NCBI RefSeq assembly: GCF_963921235.1
Contig: NC_086097.1
Coordinates: 244,778,001-244,842,000, forward strand
Reading direction: 5' to 3'
Length of the DNA: 64,000 bases
From: Mobula hypostoma
Taxonomy: Eukaryota
A program made the position numbers and the translations under genes. The notes under the pieces were generated by a model. That model was not told where the DNA came from. It worked only from the letters and a program-made list of their open reading frames with translations, and did no database searches. Shown here piece by piece: positions 23,547 through 36,614 of the stretch (within the stretch, counting starts at the first letter, position 1; each line of letters starts with the position of its first letter).

Positions 23547-26098
23547 CATAGAAACATAGAAAACCTGCAGCACACAATGCTGTGCCGAACATGTACTTTA
23601 GAAATTACCCAGGTTTACCCATAGCCCTCTATTTTTCTAAGCTCCATGTATCTATCCAGGAGTCTCTTAAAAGACCCTATTGAATCCTCCTCCACCACCG
23701 TTGCCGGCGGCCCATTCCACACACTCTCCACTCTCTGCGTAAAAAAACTTACCTCTGACATCTCCTCTGTACCTACTTCTAAGCACCTTAAAACGTTGTC
23801 CTCTCGTGCTAGCCATTTCAGCCCTGGGAAAAAGCCTCTGACTATCCACACGATCAATGCCTCTCATCATCTTATACACCTCTATCAGATCATCTCTCAT
23901 CCTTCGTCACTCCAAGGAGAAAAGGCCAAGTTCACTCAATCTATTCTCATAAGGCATGCTCCCCAATCCAGGCAACATCCTTGTAAATCTCCTCTGCATC
24001 CTTTCTATGGTTTCCACATCCTTCCTGTACTGAGGTGACCAGAACTGAGCACGGTACTCCAAGTGGGGTCTGACCAGGGTCCTATGCAGCTGTAACATTA
24101 CCCCTTGCCTCTTAAACTCAATCCCATGGTTGATGAAGGCCAATTCACCATATGCCTTCTTAACCACAGAGTCAACCTACGTAGCAGCTTCGAGTGTCCT
24201 ATGGACTGGGACCCCAAGATCCCTCTGATCGACCACACTGCCAAGAGTCTTACCATTAATATTATATTCTGCCATCGTATTTGACCTACCAAAATGAACC
24301 ACCTCATACTTATGTGGGGTGAACTCCATCAGCCACTTCTCAACCCAGTTTTGCATTGTATTGATGTCCTGCTGTAACCTCTGACAGCCCTCCACACTAT
24401 CCAAAACACCCCCCAACCTTTGTGTCATCAGCAAATTTACTAACCCATCCCTCCACTTCCTCATCCAGGTCATTTATAAAAATCACAAAGAGAAGGGGTC
24501 TCAGAACAGATCCCTGAGACGCACCACTGGTCACCGACCTCTGTGCGGAATATGACCCGTCTACAACCACTCTTTGCCTTCTGTGGTCAAGCCAATTCTG
24601 GATCCACAAAGCAATGCCCCCTTGGATCCCATGTCTCCTTACTTTCTCAATAAACCTTGCATGGGGTACCTTATCAAATGCCTTGTTGAAATCCATATAC
24701 ACTACATCTACGGCTGTACCTTCATCAACGCGTTTAGTCACATCCTCAAAAAATTGAATCAGGCTCGTAAGGCACGACCTGCCTTTGACAAACCATGCTG
24801 ACTATTCCTAATCATGTTATTCCTTTCCAAATGTTCATAAATCCTACCTCTCAGGATCTTTTCCATCAACTTACCAACCGCTGAATAAGACTCACTGGTC
24901 TATAATTTCCTGGGCTATCTCTATTCCCTTTGTTGAATAAGGGAACAACACCTGCAACCGTCCAATCCTCCAGAACCTCCCCTGTCCCCACTGATGATGC
25001 AAGGATCATTGCCAGAAGCTCAGTAACCTCCTCCCTCGCCTCCAACAGTAGCCTGGGTTACATCTCATCTGTTCCCGGAGACTTATCCAACTTGATGCTT
25101 TCCAAAAGCTCCAACACATCCTCTTTCTTAATATCTATATGCTCAAGCTTTTTAGTCTGCTGTAAGTCATCCCTACAGTCACCGAGATCCTTTTCCGTAG
25201 TGAATACTGAAGCAAAGTATTCATTAACTACCTCAGCTATCTCCTCCAGTTCCGTACACACTTTTCCACTGTCACACTTGATTGGTCCTATTGTCTCACA
25301 TCTTATCCTCTTGCTCTTCACATACTTGTAGAATGCCTTGGGGTTTTCTTTAATCCTGCTTGCCAAGGCCTTCTCATGGCCCCTTCTTGCTCCCCTAATT
25401 TCATTCTTATTCTCCTTCTTGCTAGCCTTATAATCTTCTAGATCTCTATCATTACCTAGTTTTTGGAACCTGTCGTAAGCTTTTCTTCTTGACTAGGTTT
25501 TCAACAGACTTTGTACACCACAGTTTCTGTTACCGTACCATCCTTTCCCTGTCTCATTGGAACATACCTGTGCAGAACGCCACGCAAATATCCCCTGAAC
25601 GCTTGCCACATTTCTGCCATACATTTCTCTGAGAACATCAGTTCCCCATTTATGCTTCCAAGTTCCTGCCTGGTAGCTTCATATTTCCCCTTACTCCAAA
25701 TAAACACTTTCCTAACTTGCTAGTTCCTATCCCTCTCCAATGCTATGGTAAAGTTGATAGAACTGTGATCACTATCTCCAAAATGCTCTTCCACTGAGAG
25801 ACCTGACACCTTAGCAGGTTCATTTCCCAATACCAGATCAAGAACAGCCTCTCCTCTTGTAGGCTTCATATTGTGTCAGGAAACCTTCCTGAACATACTT
25901 AACAAACTCCACCCCATCTAAACCCCTTGCTCTCTGGACATGCCAATCAATATTTGGGAAAGTGAAATCTCCCACCACGACAACCCTGATATTATTACAC
26001 CTTTCCAGAATCTGTCTTCCTATCTGCTCCTCGATGTCCCTGTTACTATTGGATGGTCTATAAAAAGACACGCAGTAGGGCTATTGACCACTTCCTGA
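23547..26098 (-). mobile_element. CR1 LINE family A, 5'-truncated
   Basis: catagaaacatagaa tail; YMDFNKAFDKVPH, KFADDT, RPHLEY and GDF endonuclease peptides. Confidence 0.92.
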
Positions 26099-26100
26099 AA

Positions 26101-26440
26101 GACAACTACCCGAAGCTTACTGCCAGAGCAAACTATGGAGTGACTTCAAATGAAGAAAATTGATGTCCTTGAGTGGCCCAAGTCAAGGGTCCTGACCTTA
26201 ACTCAATCCAACATTTCTGGCAAGATCTCAAGATTGAGATCCACTGCTGCTCCCCAACTAACCTGGCACAGCTTGAGCAATTTTGCAAGGAAGAATGGGA
26301 AAATCTTGCTCCATCACATGGTACAAAGCTAATAGAGACATCCAAAAACACTACTAGCTGCAATAGCTGCATGAGGTGGTTCAACTAAGTACTGAGCAAA
26401 GGGGGGGGGGTGGGTGGGGGTGAATTCTTTTGAACAACTG
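26101..26440 (+). mobile_element. Tc1 transposase C-terminal remnant
   Basis: DNxPK, IDVLEWP, PDLNSIQHFWQDLK, LEQFCKEEWENL (ORFs 26150 and 26173) match Tc1 DNDPKH...WPSQSPDLNPIE. Confidence 0.8.
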
Positions 26441-27149
26441 ACTTTTCAGTTTTTCTTGACAATTTTCCTTGTTTTTTTTTAGAGTTCTACTGTGAAAAAA
26501 AGCAGCATTTATAGTACTTGAAGAAACTGGCATCACAATATTTTCAGTGGGGGTTGAGTCACTCAAATGAAATGGAAACTGTTTTCACAACAGGATAAGC
26601 TGCATCTGCAATGATGTAGAAATGCACACTTGTTAAGCTGCTGCAAAAATACTCACTGTACCATTTGACCTGAATTTTTCCATTATTTTATTTAATGCTC
26701 AATTCCAGCCTCCGTAGTATTTTGCTTTTTGAAATATTAGCTCCTGTTGTCCATTGCTGTTGCAATAATTAATTGAATGCTATCACTTATTTATTGGTGA
26801 GGCTTATGCTGCCCACAGATGGATGCGAGGATGACAGAATAGTTGTCATCAGGCCTTACACGTTCCGGCATTTCCTGTATCATAGACGTGTATTTATCAG
26901 GCACTTCTCCAATTGCATGTCATATTTTGAGTGTTTAAGGATTGGAGTCTTTGGAGGATGCATTTATGATTATATTTTCAGTGTAAACTGACTTCACTAA
27001 TCAATCAACTTGAAGTCCCTGGAAATGACGTCAAATTCCTGTCATTAACCTAGTTCACCTTTCTTTAGACTTGAACTGTTACTTCATTTTAATTTTACGT
27101 CTAAGTGCTTATTTGTGAGCAACTCTCAGCCACTGGTCTATATTGTTAC

Positions 27150-27550
27150 TGACTGCTCATGATGCTGATGGTTTAGGGCAGCAATGATGGTCTTCCATCT
27201 CTGGTGGTATTCAGTGCTTTCTTCATTGTGTTAGTAGCTCGGTTTTCACTACTGTCAGTCTTGCAAGTTCTGCGTGGAGACTCAGGAATACCATCGCACT
27301 CAGATGTAGAAGGATTCTTCATTGCTGTTTCCATAACAGTTGTGTTTTACAGTCAGGGTTGTTAGCCCTGAGCTGAACCCCCGAACCTGGATGATCGGAA
27401 GACCACTCTTAGTCTGGCCTCTACCATTCGCCCTGTTTGGCATGGGTGACTCTACCAAGAGCCAAAGCAATAAAGCCCTGTCTCCGGTCATCGTATCTCT
27501 CTGGCTAATTGAGGCACGCAAGCCTCCACGACAAGGTTGTGGTCCTCTTG
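27150..27550 (-). mobile_element. RTE-related non-autonomous element (5' UTR-like and 3'-like parts joined)
   Basis: Minus strand begins accttgtcgtggaggcttgcgtgcctca and contains gggctaacaaccctgac, resembling recalled RTE/Rex3 5' UTRs; no ORF. Confidence 0.5.
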
Positions 27551-28174
27551 GAGGTTATTTTATTAAGACCTCCTTAATTGTGTCTTACACCTGTGACTTT
27601 TAAAAAATATTATGCTAAAAGATCGATTTTTAAAAAATATCACTGATATCCCTGAGCAGATTGTTCTGCATAGTGATTATCCAGTCTAAACTTGATTTCT
27701 TCCCACATCAAGTGGACCACATCAATGCACACTTAAAACTGAATAAGATGTGAATGAATTGCTGCTTCATCTGGAAGGGAGGTTTACTCAGTCTCTAAAT
27801 GTGACCCAGAGAATCCCAATTCCCTACCTGGCTCCCACTTCACACATAAATACTTTCAACTAATAAAGTTGTATCAAATTCCATTGAAACTCAAGGAACA
27901 ACCTGGCTTCTAGACTCAACTGAATTTATTTAGCCATTACAGTTCTGCATTTCACATTTCAATATTTGCTGTTCTTGTAATCTATCTTATTTTCGTCCAA
28001 TCTTCACCTTGTTCTTACTAGTTTTCACCACTTTCTCTCATCTGGCTGTATATACCACCAGTTGTATCATTCGATCCCTTTTATCTCTCACTTTTTCAAA
28101 GGCCTCTTCATAGATGCTGTTTGACATGCTGAGTATTTCTAGCATTTCTTTTTTACTTTAGGTTTCTCGTACAG

Positions 28175-28890
28175 AGTCATAGAGAAGTACAGCACAGAAA
28201 CAAGCCCCTTTGGCCTATCTAGTCCGTGCCGCAACCATTTAAGCTGCCTGCTCCCATTGACCTACACTGGGACCATAGCCCTCCATATCCCTACCATCCA
28301 TGTACCTATCCAAGCTTCTCTTAAGTTTTGAAATCAAGCTTGCATGACCCACTTGTGCTTGGCAGGTCATTCCATACCCACATGACCTGTTGAATGAAGA
28401 AGTTTTCTATCATGTTCCCCTTAAACTTGTCACCTTTCACCTTTAATGCATTACTTCTGGTTGTAGTCCCACCCAACCTCAGTGGAAAATGCTTGCTTGC
28501 ATTGACCCAAACTATCCTGTACTTCGGTGACCAAAACTGCACACAATACTGCAGTTCGGCCTCACCAACATATTATACAACTTCAACATAACATTCTTTC
28601 TTCTGTACTCAGTACATTGATTTATGAAGGCCATTGTGCCAAAAGCTTTCTTTATGACACCACTTTCAACTAATTCTGGACCTGTATTCCCAGATTCCTT
28701 TGTTCTACTACATTCCTCACTGTTCAGTTTGTGTGAGCTACCCTGGTTGGTCCTACTGAAGTGCAGAACCTCACAGTTATATGCATTAAATTCTGCCTGC
28801 CATTTTTTAGCCCATTTTTCCAGCTGATGCAGATCCCTCTGCAAGTCATGATAGCCTTCCTCACTGTCCACTATACCCCCAATCTTGGTG
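28175..28890 (-). mobile_element. CR1 3' fragment
   Basis: LQRDLHQLEKWAKKWQ and FFIQQVMWVWN peptides; gtcatagagaagtacagcac tail. Confidence 0.8.
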
Positions 28891-29112
28891 TAGTATCTAC
28901 CTCTGAACCCAGTTAGTCCATCTCACTGTTTTCTACTCTATTTCCTTGCACTTTTTTAAAAAAATCCTTGCGTATTAACCAAGTTTCTTCTGAAAGCTCA
29001 TGGGTGGTACAGTAGTGTAGTCGTTTTGAAGTGCTGCCAATCACTGAGCAGTGTTAAATTCTCATCGCTTTCCATAAGGAGTTCTCCCCATGACAGTTTG
29101 GGTTTTTTTTTA

Positions 29113-32100
29113 TAAAATAAGCCAAAGTCAGCATGATTTCTATGAGGGGAGATCTTGCCTAACAAATCTGTTAGAATTCTTCAAGGAAGTAACAAGCAGG
29201 GTGGACAAAGGAGATGCTGTGGATGTCATTTGCTTGGATTTTGAGAAGGCATTTGATAAGGTCCCACACATGAGGCTGCTTAACAAGGTAAAATCCTATG
29301 GTGTTATAGGGAAGACAGTGGCCTGGATAGAGGAATGACTGACAGCTAGGAGGCAGCAAGTGGGAATACAGGGGGCCTTTTCTGGTTGGCTACCAGTGAG
29401 TAGTGGTGTTCCTCAGGGGTCAGTATTGGCACTGCTATTTTTCACATTGTTTGTCAGTGATTTGGATAATGGAATTGATGGCTTTGGGGCAAAGTTTGTG
29501 GATGATACGAAAATAGGTGGAGGGGTGGTAATGCTGAGGAAGCAATGCATTTGCAGCAGGACTTAGACAAACTGGAAGAATGGGCAAAAAAATGGCAGAT
29601 GGAATAGTGTGTTGGGAAATGTATGATAATGCATGTTGGTAAAAAGAACAATAGTGCAGACTATTAACTAAATGGGGAGAAGGTTCAAACATCAGATGTG
29701 CAGAGGGACTTGAGATTCCTCATGCAAGATTCCCAGAAGGTTAATAGAAACAGAAAACCAACAGCACAATACAGGCCCTTTGGCCCACAATGCTGTGCCG
29801 AACATGTCCTTACTTTAGAAATTACCTAGGGTTACTCACAGCCCTCTGTTTTCCTAAGCTCCATGTACCTATCCAGGAGACTCTTAAAAGACCCTATCGT
29901 ATCCGCTTCCACCAACGTCGCCAGTTACCTCTCATCCTCCGCTCCAAGGAGAAAAGGCCAAGTTCATCAACCTGTTCTCATAAGGCATGCTCCCCAATCC
30001 AGGCAACATCCTTGTACATATGTTGTGCATGCTTTGACCAGAACTGAGCACAGTACTCCAAGTGGGGTCTGACCAGGGTCCTATATAGCTGCAACATTAC
30101 CTGTCAGCTCCGAAACTCAATCCCACAGTTGATGAAGGCCAGTACACCGTATGCCTTCTTAACCACTGAGTCAAGCAGCATAGCAGCTTTGAGTGTCCAA
30201 TCGATTCCGGTCCCACGATCCCTCTGATCCTCCACGCTGCCGAGAGTCTTATCATTAATACTATATTCTGCCATCATATTTGACCTACCAAAATGAAACA
30301 CCTCACACTTATCTGGGTTGAGCTCCATTTGCTACTTCTCAGCCCAGTTTTGCATCCTATTGATGTCCCGCTATAACCTCTGACAGCCTTCCACGCTTTC
30401 TACAACACCCCCAACCTTTGTCATCAGCAACTTTACTAACCCATCCCTCCAGTTCCTCATCCAGGTCATTTATAAAAGTCATGAAGAGAAGGGGTCCCAG
30501 AGCAGATCCCTGAGGCACACCATTGGTCACCGACCTCTGTACAGAATATGACCCATCTTCAATCACTCTTTGTCTTCTGTGGACAGGCCAGTTCTGAATC
30601 CACAAAGCAATGTCCCCTTGGATCCCATGCCCCCTTACCTGCATGGGGTACCTTATCAAATGCCTTGCTGAAATCCATATTTACTGCTCTACCTTCATCA
30701 ACATATTTAGTCACATCCTGAAAAAATTCAATCAGGCTTGTTAGGCATGACCTGCCTTTGACAAAGCCATGCTGACTACTCCTAATCATATTATGCCTCT
30801 CCAAACTTTCATAAATCCTGCCTCTCAGGATCTTTTCCATCAACTTATCAACCACTGAAGTAAGACTCAGTGGTCTATAATTTCCTAGGCTTTCTCTACT
30901 CCCTTTCCTGAATAAGAGAACAACATCTGCAATCCTCCAATCCTCTGGAACCTCCCCCGTCCCCATTGATGATGCAAAGATCATCGCCAGAGGCTCAGCA
31001 GTCTCTTTCCTCGCCTCCTAAAGTAGCCTGGGGTACATCTCGTCCGGTCCTGGTGACTTATCCGACTTGATGCTTTTCAAAAGCTCCAGCACATCCTCTT
31101 TCTTAATGTCTATATGCTCAAGCTTTTCATTCTGCTGTAAGTCATCCCTACAATTGCCAAGATCCTTTTCCGTAGTGAATACTGAAGCAAAGTAGTCATT
31201 AAGTGCCTTTGCTATCTCCTCGGGTTCCATTCACACTTTTCCACTGTCACACTTGATTGGTCCTATTCTCTCATGTTTTATCCTCTTGCTCTTGTAGAAT
31301 GCCTTGGGGTTTTCCTTAACCCTGTCTGCCAAGGCCTTCTCATGGCACCTTCTGGCTCTCCTAATTTCATTCATAAACTCCTTCCTGCTAGTCTTATAAT
31401 CTTCTAGATCTCTATCATTACCTAGTTTTTTGAACCTTTCACCACGACGACCCTGTTATTATTACACTTTTCCAGAATATGTCTCCCTATCTGCTCCTCA
31501 ATGTCCCCGTTACAATTGGGTGGTCTATAAAAAAACACCCGGTAGAGTTATTGACCCCCTTCCTGCCCCTAACTTCTACCCACAGAGACTCAGTAGACAA
31601 TCTCTCCATGACCACCTACTTTTTTGCAGCCATGACAATATCTCTGCTCAGCCGTGCCACACCTCCACCTCTTTTGCCTCCCTCCCTGTCCTTTCTGAAA
31701 CATGTAAAATCTGGCACTCTTAAGTAACCATTCCTGCCCCTGAACCATCCAGTAATGGCCACATCATCACAGCTCCCAAGTACTGATCCATGCTCTAAGC
31801 TCATTCACTTTCTTCATAATATTCCTTGCATTAAAATAGACATGTCTCAAACCATCAGTCTGAGTGCATCCCTTCTCTGTCACCTGCTTATACTCCCTCT
31901 TGCACTGCCTACAAGCTTTCTCTATTTGTGAGCCAACCGCCCCTTCCACTGTCTCTTCAGTTCGGTTCCAACCCCACCAACTTTGGTCCCCCTTGGATTC
32001 AAGTACATCCTGACCTAATTTACAGGTTGACTCTGTAGTAAAGAAGGTAAATGCAATGTTGGCGTTTATTTCAAGGGTAGTAGAATATAAGAGGAAGGAG

Positions 32101-32605
32101 ATAATGCTGAGGCTTTACAAGACACTAGTCAGGCAGCACTTTGGAAAGAATGTGCTGTCATTGGAGAAAGTCCAGAGGAGGTTGACGAGAATGATTCAGG
32201 GATTGAAGGGGTTAACATATGAGGAGCATTTGGCAGAATTTGGCCTGTAGCGACTGGAATTTGGAAGAATGCATGGGGATAAGGTGGATGTGGGGAGGAT
32301 GTTTCCTATGGTGGGGGGTAACCGGAACTTGAGGGTACAGCCTCAAAATTTAGGGACGACCGTTTAGAGCACAGGTAAGGAGGATTTTTTTGAGCCAGAG
32401 TAGTGGAATGCTCTGCCACAGACTGTGGTGGAGGCCATGTCCATAGGTAGATTTAAAATGGAAGTTGATAGTTTCCTGATTGGTCAGAGCATCCAAGAAT
32501 ATGGCGAGAAAGCAGATATTTTGGGTTTTTGGGATTCTGGATGGAATGGCGGAGCAGACTCAATGGGCCGAATGGTCTAATTCTGTTCTTCTGTCTTATA
32601 GTCTT
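29113..32605 (+). mobile_element. CR1 family B (29113-29744 and ~32016-32605) split by an antisense family A CR1
   Basis: LDFEKAFDKVPH peptide; junction ggttaat|ttacaggttga is contiguous in the uninterrupted paralog at 50060-50080. Confidence 0.85.
29745..31990 (-). mobile_element. CR1 family A copy with several internal deletions, nested in family B CR1
   Basis: tagaaacagaaaaccaacagcac tail; high similarity to 140-2663. Confidence 0.9.
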
Positions 32606-32877
32606 ACTATGAGTTTACAAAGTAATTATTCCTTTCGCTGGAACGCTGACTCAATCATGTCTGGTAATAATATTGAAATCAGAATTCACTCTCCTTTCAG
32701 AATAGATCTTTTAGTGAGAATTGCTTCAAAACATGGGATAATTTGTCATCTTTTATAGAAGTCACTTTAATTCCAAATTGAGTTTAGTACCCTGCAGATT
32801 ATTTAACTTAATAGTAAAAATATTAATACTCTAATGATGTTGTATGGTAAAAATGACCTTCCTTTTGGCTTTTGTAG

Positions 32878-32948
32878 GTACATCAAAAGATGGAGCGCTG
32901 GATGAAGATGATTTCACAAGGGCATTTAATGATGTGCCTACTGTGCAG
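32878..32948 (+). CDS. CLASP2: CLASP2 internal exon (71 nt, phase 1 to 0): (G)TSKDGALDEDDFTRAFNDVPTVQ, linker just before TOG2
   Basis: ttttgtag acceptor, gtaact donor; peptide resembles vertebrate CLASP 'GAVDEDDFIKAFxDVP' segment; joins in frame to next exon. Confidence 0.9.
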
Positions 32949-32955
32949 GTAACTG

Positions 32956-33217
32956 TATGAATTACTATGGTTGGATTTTTGATAATTAAAAAAATATATA
33001 CCTGGTAACCTTTGGGGTTATGATTTTTTTTTGCAAAATTTATTGCCTGTGTGCATATGCAAAAAGTAAATGTATTTTATTAGCTAGCTCTATGAATTAT
33101 TATGGTTGGATTTTTGAAAATTAAAAAATATATACCTGGTAACCTTTGGGGATATGATTTTTTTTTGCAAAATTTATTGCATGTGTGCATATGCAAAAAG
33201 TAAATGTATTTTATTAG
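32956..33217 (+). repeat. Tandem duplication of a ~127-bp AT-rich unit (32956-33083 and 33091-33217)
   Basis: Two near-identical copies separated by ctagctc. Confidence 0.92.
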
Positions 33218-33804
33218 GACATAGAGAAGATTTGGAGTGAGGATTTCTCCTCTCATCCCCATTGAGTTCCAGTGTGCAGGATCACTGGAATGCCAGTCTA
33301 AATAAATATCTTTCATTTTTAGAAGTCAAATTAACTACAGTGAATATCACCATTATGTGCCGTGCCGTGTCGTGTGACATGGGTGATCATGGTCTTTCCA
33401 TGACCATGATTGTTCTTGGCAAGTTCATCTACAGAAGTGGTTTGCCATTGCCCTCTTCTGGACAGTATCTTTACAAGACTGGTGACCCCAGCCATTCGTC
33501 AATACTCTTCGGAGATTTTCTGTTTGTCGTCAGTGGTCACGTAACCAATTGCTCCATGACCTCACGTGACCGTGTGTGGGGGGGTGGGGGGGGTGGCAGG
33601 GTTGCTATGCAGGTGTTATACTTTGCCTAAGGATAACCTGCCTTATACCTCCTTTGGTAGAGATGTACCTCCACCTCGCCACCCTCTACGACAGTAAAAC
33701 ACTGTAAATGCAATTACTATATTAAAACACATAAATCGCTTATAAAAATCTTACATATAATGTACTTTCTAATCAACCACTAAGGGTGTCTTTTATAAGA
33801 GTGG

Positions 33805-34595
33805 TGTAGCACCAACAACCTGTCACTCAGTGTCAATTAGACCGAGGAACTGATTGTTGACTTCAGGAGAGGGAAGCCATGAGCATCTCATCGGAGGATC
33901 AGAGGTAGAGAGGGTCAGTAACTATAATTTCCTGGCTGTCACTATTTCTGAGGACTTGTCCTGGACCCATATAAATATAGTTGTGAAGAAAGCATGACAG
34001 CACCTCTACTTACTCAGGAGTCTGCGGAGATTCAGCACGTAATCAAAAACCTTGGCAAACTTCCATAGATGTGTAGTGGAAAATGTGTTGACTAGCTGCG
34101 TAACAGCCTGGTACAAGAATACCAATGCCTTTGAATGGAAAATCCTATGAAAGTTAGTGGATTCGGCCCAGTACATCATGGTTAAAACCTTCCCAACCAT
34201 TGAGCAGGTCTGCATGAAACATTGCTGTAGAAAAGTAGCAGTCATCATTAAAGATCCTCACCTCCCCAGGCCATGCTCTTTTTTTTCTGCCATCAGGTAG
34301 AAGGTGGTGCCTCAGGACTTGCACCACCAGGTTAAAGGACAGTTACTACCCCTCAGCCTTCAGGCTCTTGAACAAAAGAGGATAACCAGCCTCATTTAAG
34401 GACTTTTTAAAATCTTATTATTTCATGTTCTTTATTTATTGCTATTTATTTATATCTGCATTTGCAGTTTGTTGGTCATTGATCCTGTTTACAGTTACTG
34501 TTCTATCGATTTGCTAAGTATGTCTGCAGAAAAAGAATCTCAGAGTTGGATGTTGTGGCATGTATGTACTTGGATAATAAATTTTACTTTGAACT
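33805..34595 (+). mobile_element. Rex1/Babar-like LINE 3' fragment
   Basis: NNLSLSVNxTEELIVDFRR-like segment and family tail. Confidence 0.7.
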
Positions 34596-35942
34596 GGAGC
34601 TCCATTGTCCTGGAGGAAACCCAAGAACCAGTGCCTACATATGCTTAGAATAAGGCCATCAGTGAGTTTGAAGGATAGAGGGAGTTAGAGCTCAGTGTGG
34701 TGACCACTTTACAGAACACTTAGATTCAGTCCCCAGGGATGATCTTGAGCTAACACTGTCTGCAACTTTATTTTTCCATCCCACTCTTCCTCACCTTAAT
34801 GGTATCCTGCACTATCATTGCAGAAGCCCAATGCAAACTTGGGGAACTCCACCTCGTCTTAAGGTGGTCACAAAAGCACAACTGTATCTCACAGACTGAG
34901 TTGAAAGCTGTTGTCTCACAGCTCCGTTGATCCAGGTTCAATCCCAACATGTGGTACAACATGGCCTGTGAAAAGTTGGCACATCTCTCCCACTCCCCCT
35001 CCCTTTCGTGATTGTGGGGTTTCAGCCAGTTGTCCGAGTTCCCTTCCACGTCTCAAACACATGCAGACCCGTCAGTGCAAGTGGTAGAATCTGGGGTGAT
35101 CTGGTAGGAGAATATAATAAGTGTTAGATTAGTGTAAATGTGTGCTTGGTTATGCGACAGTGGATCAAAGACCCTGATTATGTATGATATCCCTCTAGAT
35201 CTCTGGGCATGGTTTCCATCTTACTATGGCATCTGTCCACTTCCTTTCCAGTCCTGATGAAGGGACTCAGCCTGAAGCTTGATTGTTTATTCCTCTGCAT
35301 TGATGCTGTCTGACGTGCTGAGTTCCTCCAACAATTTGTCCACCCTTGTTGAGGGAAACCACAGTTCAATAAGGAAGACAGATTTCAGAGGCACTTGTAT
35401 AGAAAGCCTCTTCATTCTATTCATTTTATTAGTGATACAGTACAGTGTAGGCCCCTTGGGCCCTTTGAGCTACGACACCCAGCAACCCCACAGCCCGATT
35501 AACCGTAACCTAATCGTGGGACAATTAATCAGCCTGGTAGGTCTTTGGACTGTGGGAGGAAAGTGAAGCAGTTGGAGAAACCCCATGCATTCCACAGGAA
35601 GGACGTACAGAGAAAGGCACCAGAATTAAACGCTGAGCTCCAAAATGCCCTGAGCTGTAATAGTGTCGTGCTAGCGTGAATGATCAAAGCAAGTATGACA
35701 GCATCATCTGAATGGAGAGAATAGAATGGCAGCCTTTCAGAACTCAGGATGGAAGGAAGGATATTTTGAGATATTTGAAAGAGTCCGTATGCTTCTCATG
35801 GATATTTTTGAATAATGTATCTCCCTTTCTTTTGTTTAGCATATGGATAAGAGTAGTTAATATATTCTTTGACATGAAGTTAATAGTTATCGATGCTAAA
35901 TATGTTCATTGGTCATTTTACTGGTTTGTAGTGCTGGATAGA

Positions 35943-36215
35943 GGTGCCACTGTAGTGTAGCAGTTAGCGTGACACTATTACAGCTTGGGGCATTCCAGAG
36001 TTCAGAATTAAATTCTGGTGCCATTCTGTAAGGAGTCTTTGTATGTCCTCCCCACGGAATGCGTGGGTTTTCACCGGGTCTTTCAGATACCTCACACAGT
36101 CCAAAGATGTACTGGGAAGGTTAGTTGATCATTGTAAATTATCTTATGATTAGGTTAGGGTTAATTGGGTTAGTTGGGGTTGTTGGGGCGGCATGGCTCT
36201 GTATTGCTAACAATA
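35943..36215 (+). mobile_element. tRNA-derived SINE (V-SINE-like)
   Basis: A-box-like tagtgtagcagttagc, B-box-like segment, central tttgtatgtcctcccc..tgcgtgggtttt block; related copies at ~29003, ~36280 and antisense at ~35430, ~40135, ~44595. Confidence 0.65.
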
Positions 36216-36614
36216 AATAGAGAGCATCCTGACAGTGTTTAAGTCCTGTGAATGTATTCTGGCCAAGCCTGTGACACAAGGCAGCACAGTGCACTGCTGA
36301 TAGTGTTCCTTCCTCAGCTTCAGTAACATGGGCTCAATCCTGACCTCTGCTGCTGTCTCTGTAGAGTTTGCAAGTTCTCTTTATGACCATGTGCTTCATC
36401 TGGGTGTTCTGCTTTCCTCAAATCCCAAAAATGTGTTGGTTTTGAAGTAAATTACCTGTACTGTGGTGGTGAGTGGTTGATGTTGAGGTTAGCTGATGGG
36501 AAATCAGGAAAATTAAAATGATTTATGTTCAGAATAGTGTATGATCGTACAGATTTGGTGGGACAAAATACCTGTTTCTATGCCATGACTGTATGCTCCA
36601 AAGAATTGGGACAA

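Noticed and set aside
26819..26890. Possible alternative exon after gcccacag (ORF 26773-26991)
   Set aside because: Weak polypyrimidine tract, no convincing donor and no CLASP-like peptide.
1..32877. Upstream CLASP2 exon (expected ...DDEESVDGNRPSS... or TOG1 exons)
   Set aside because: I could not find it by eye in any unique stretch. It probably lies outside the window, though a small divergent exon could have been missed.
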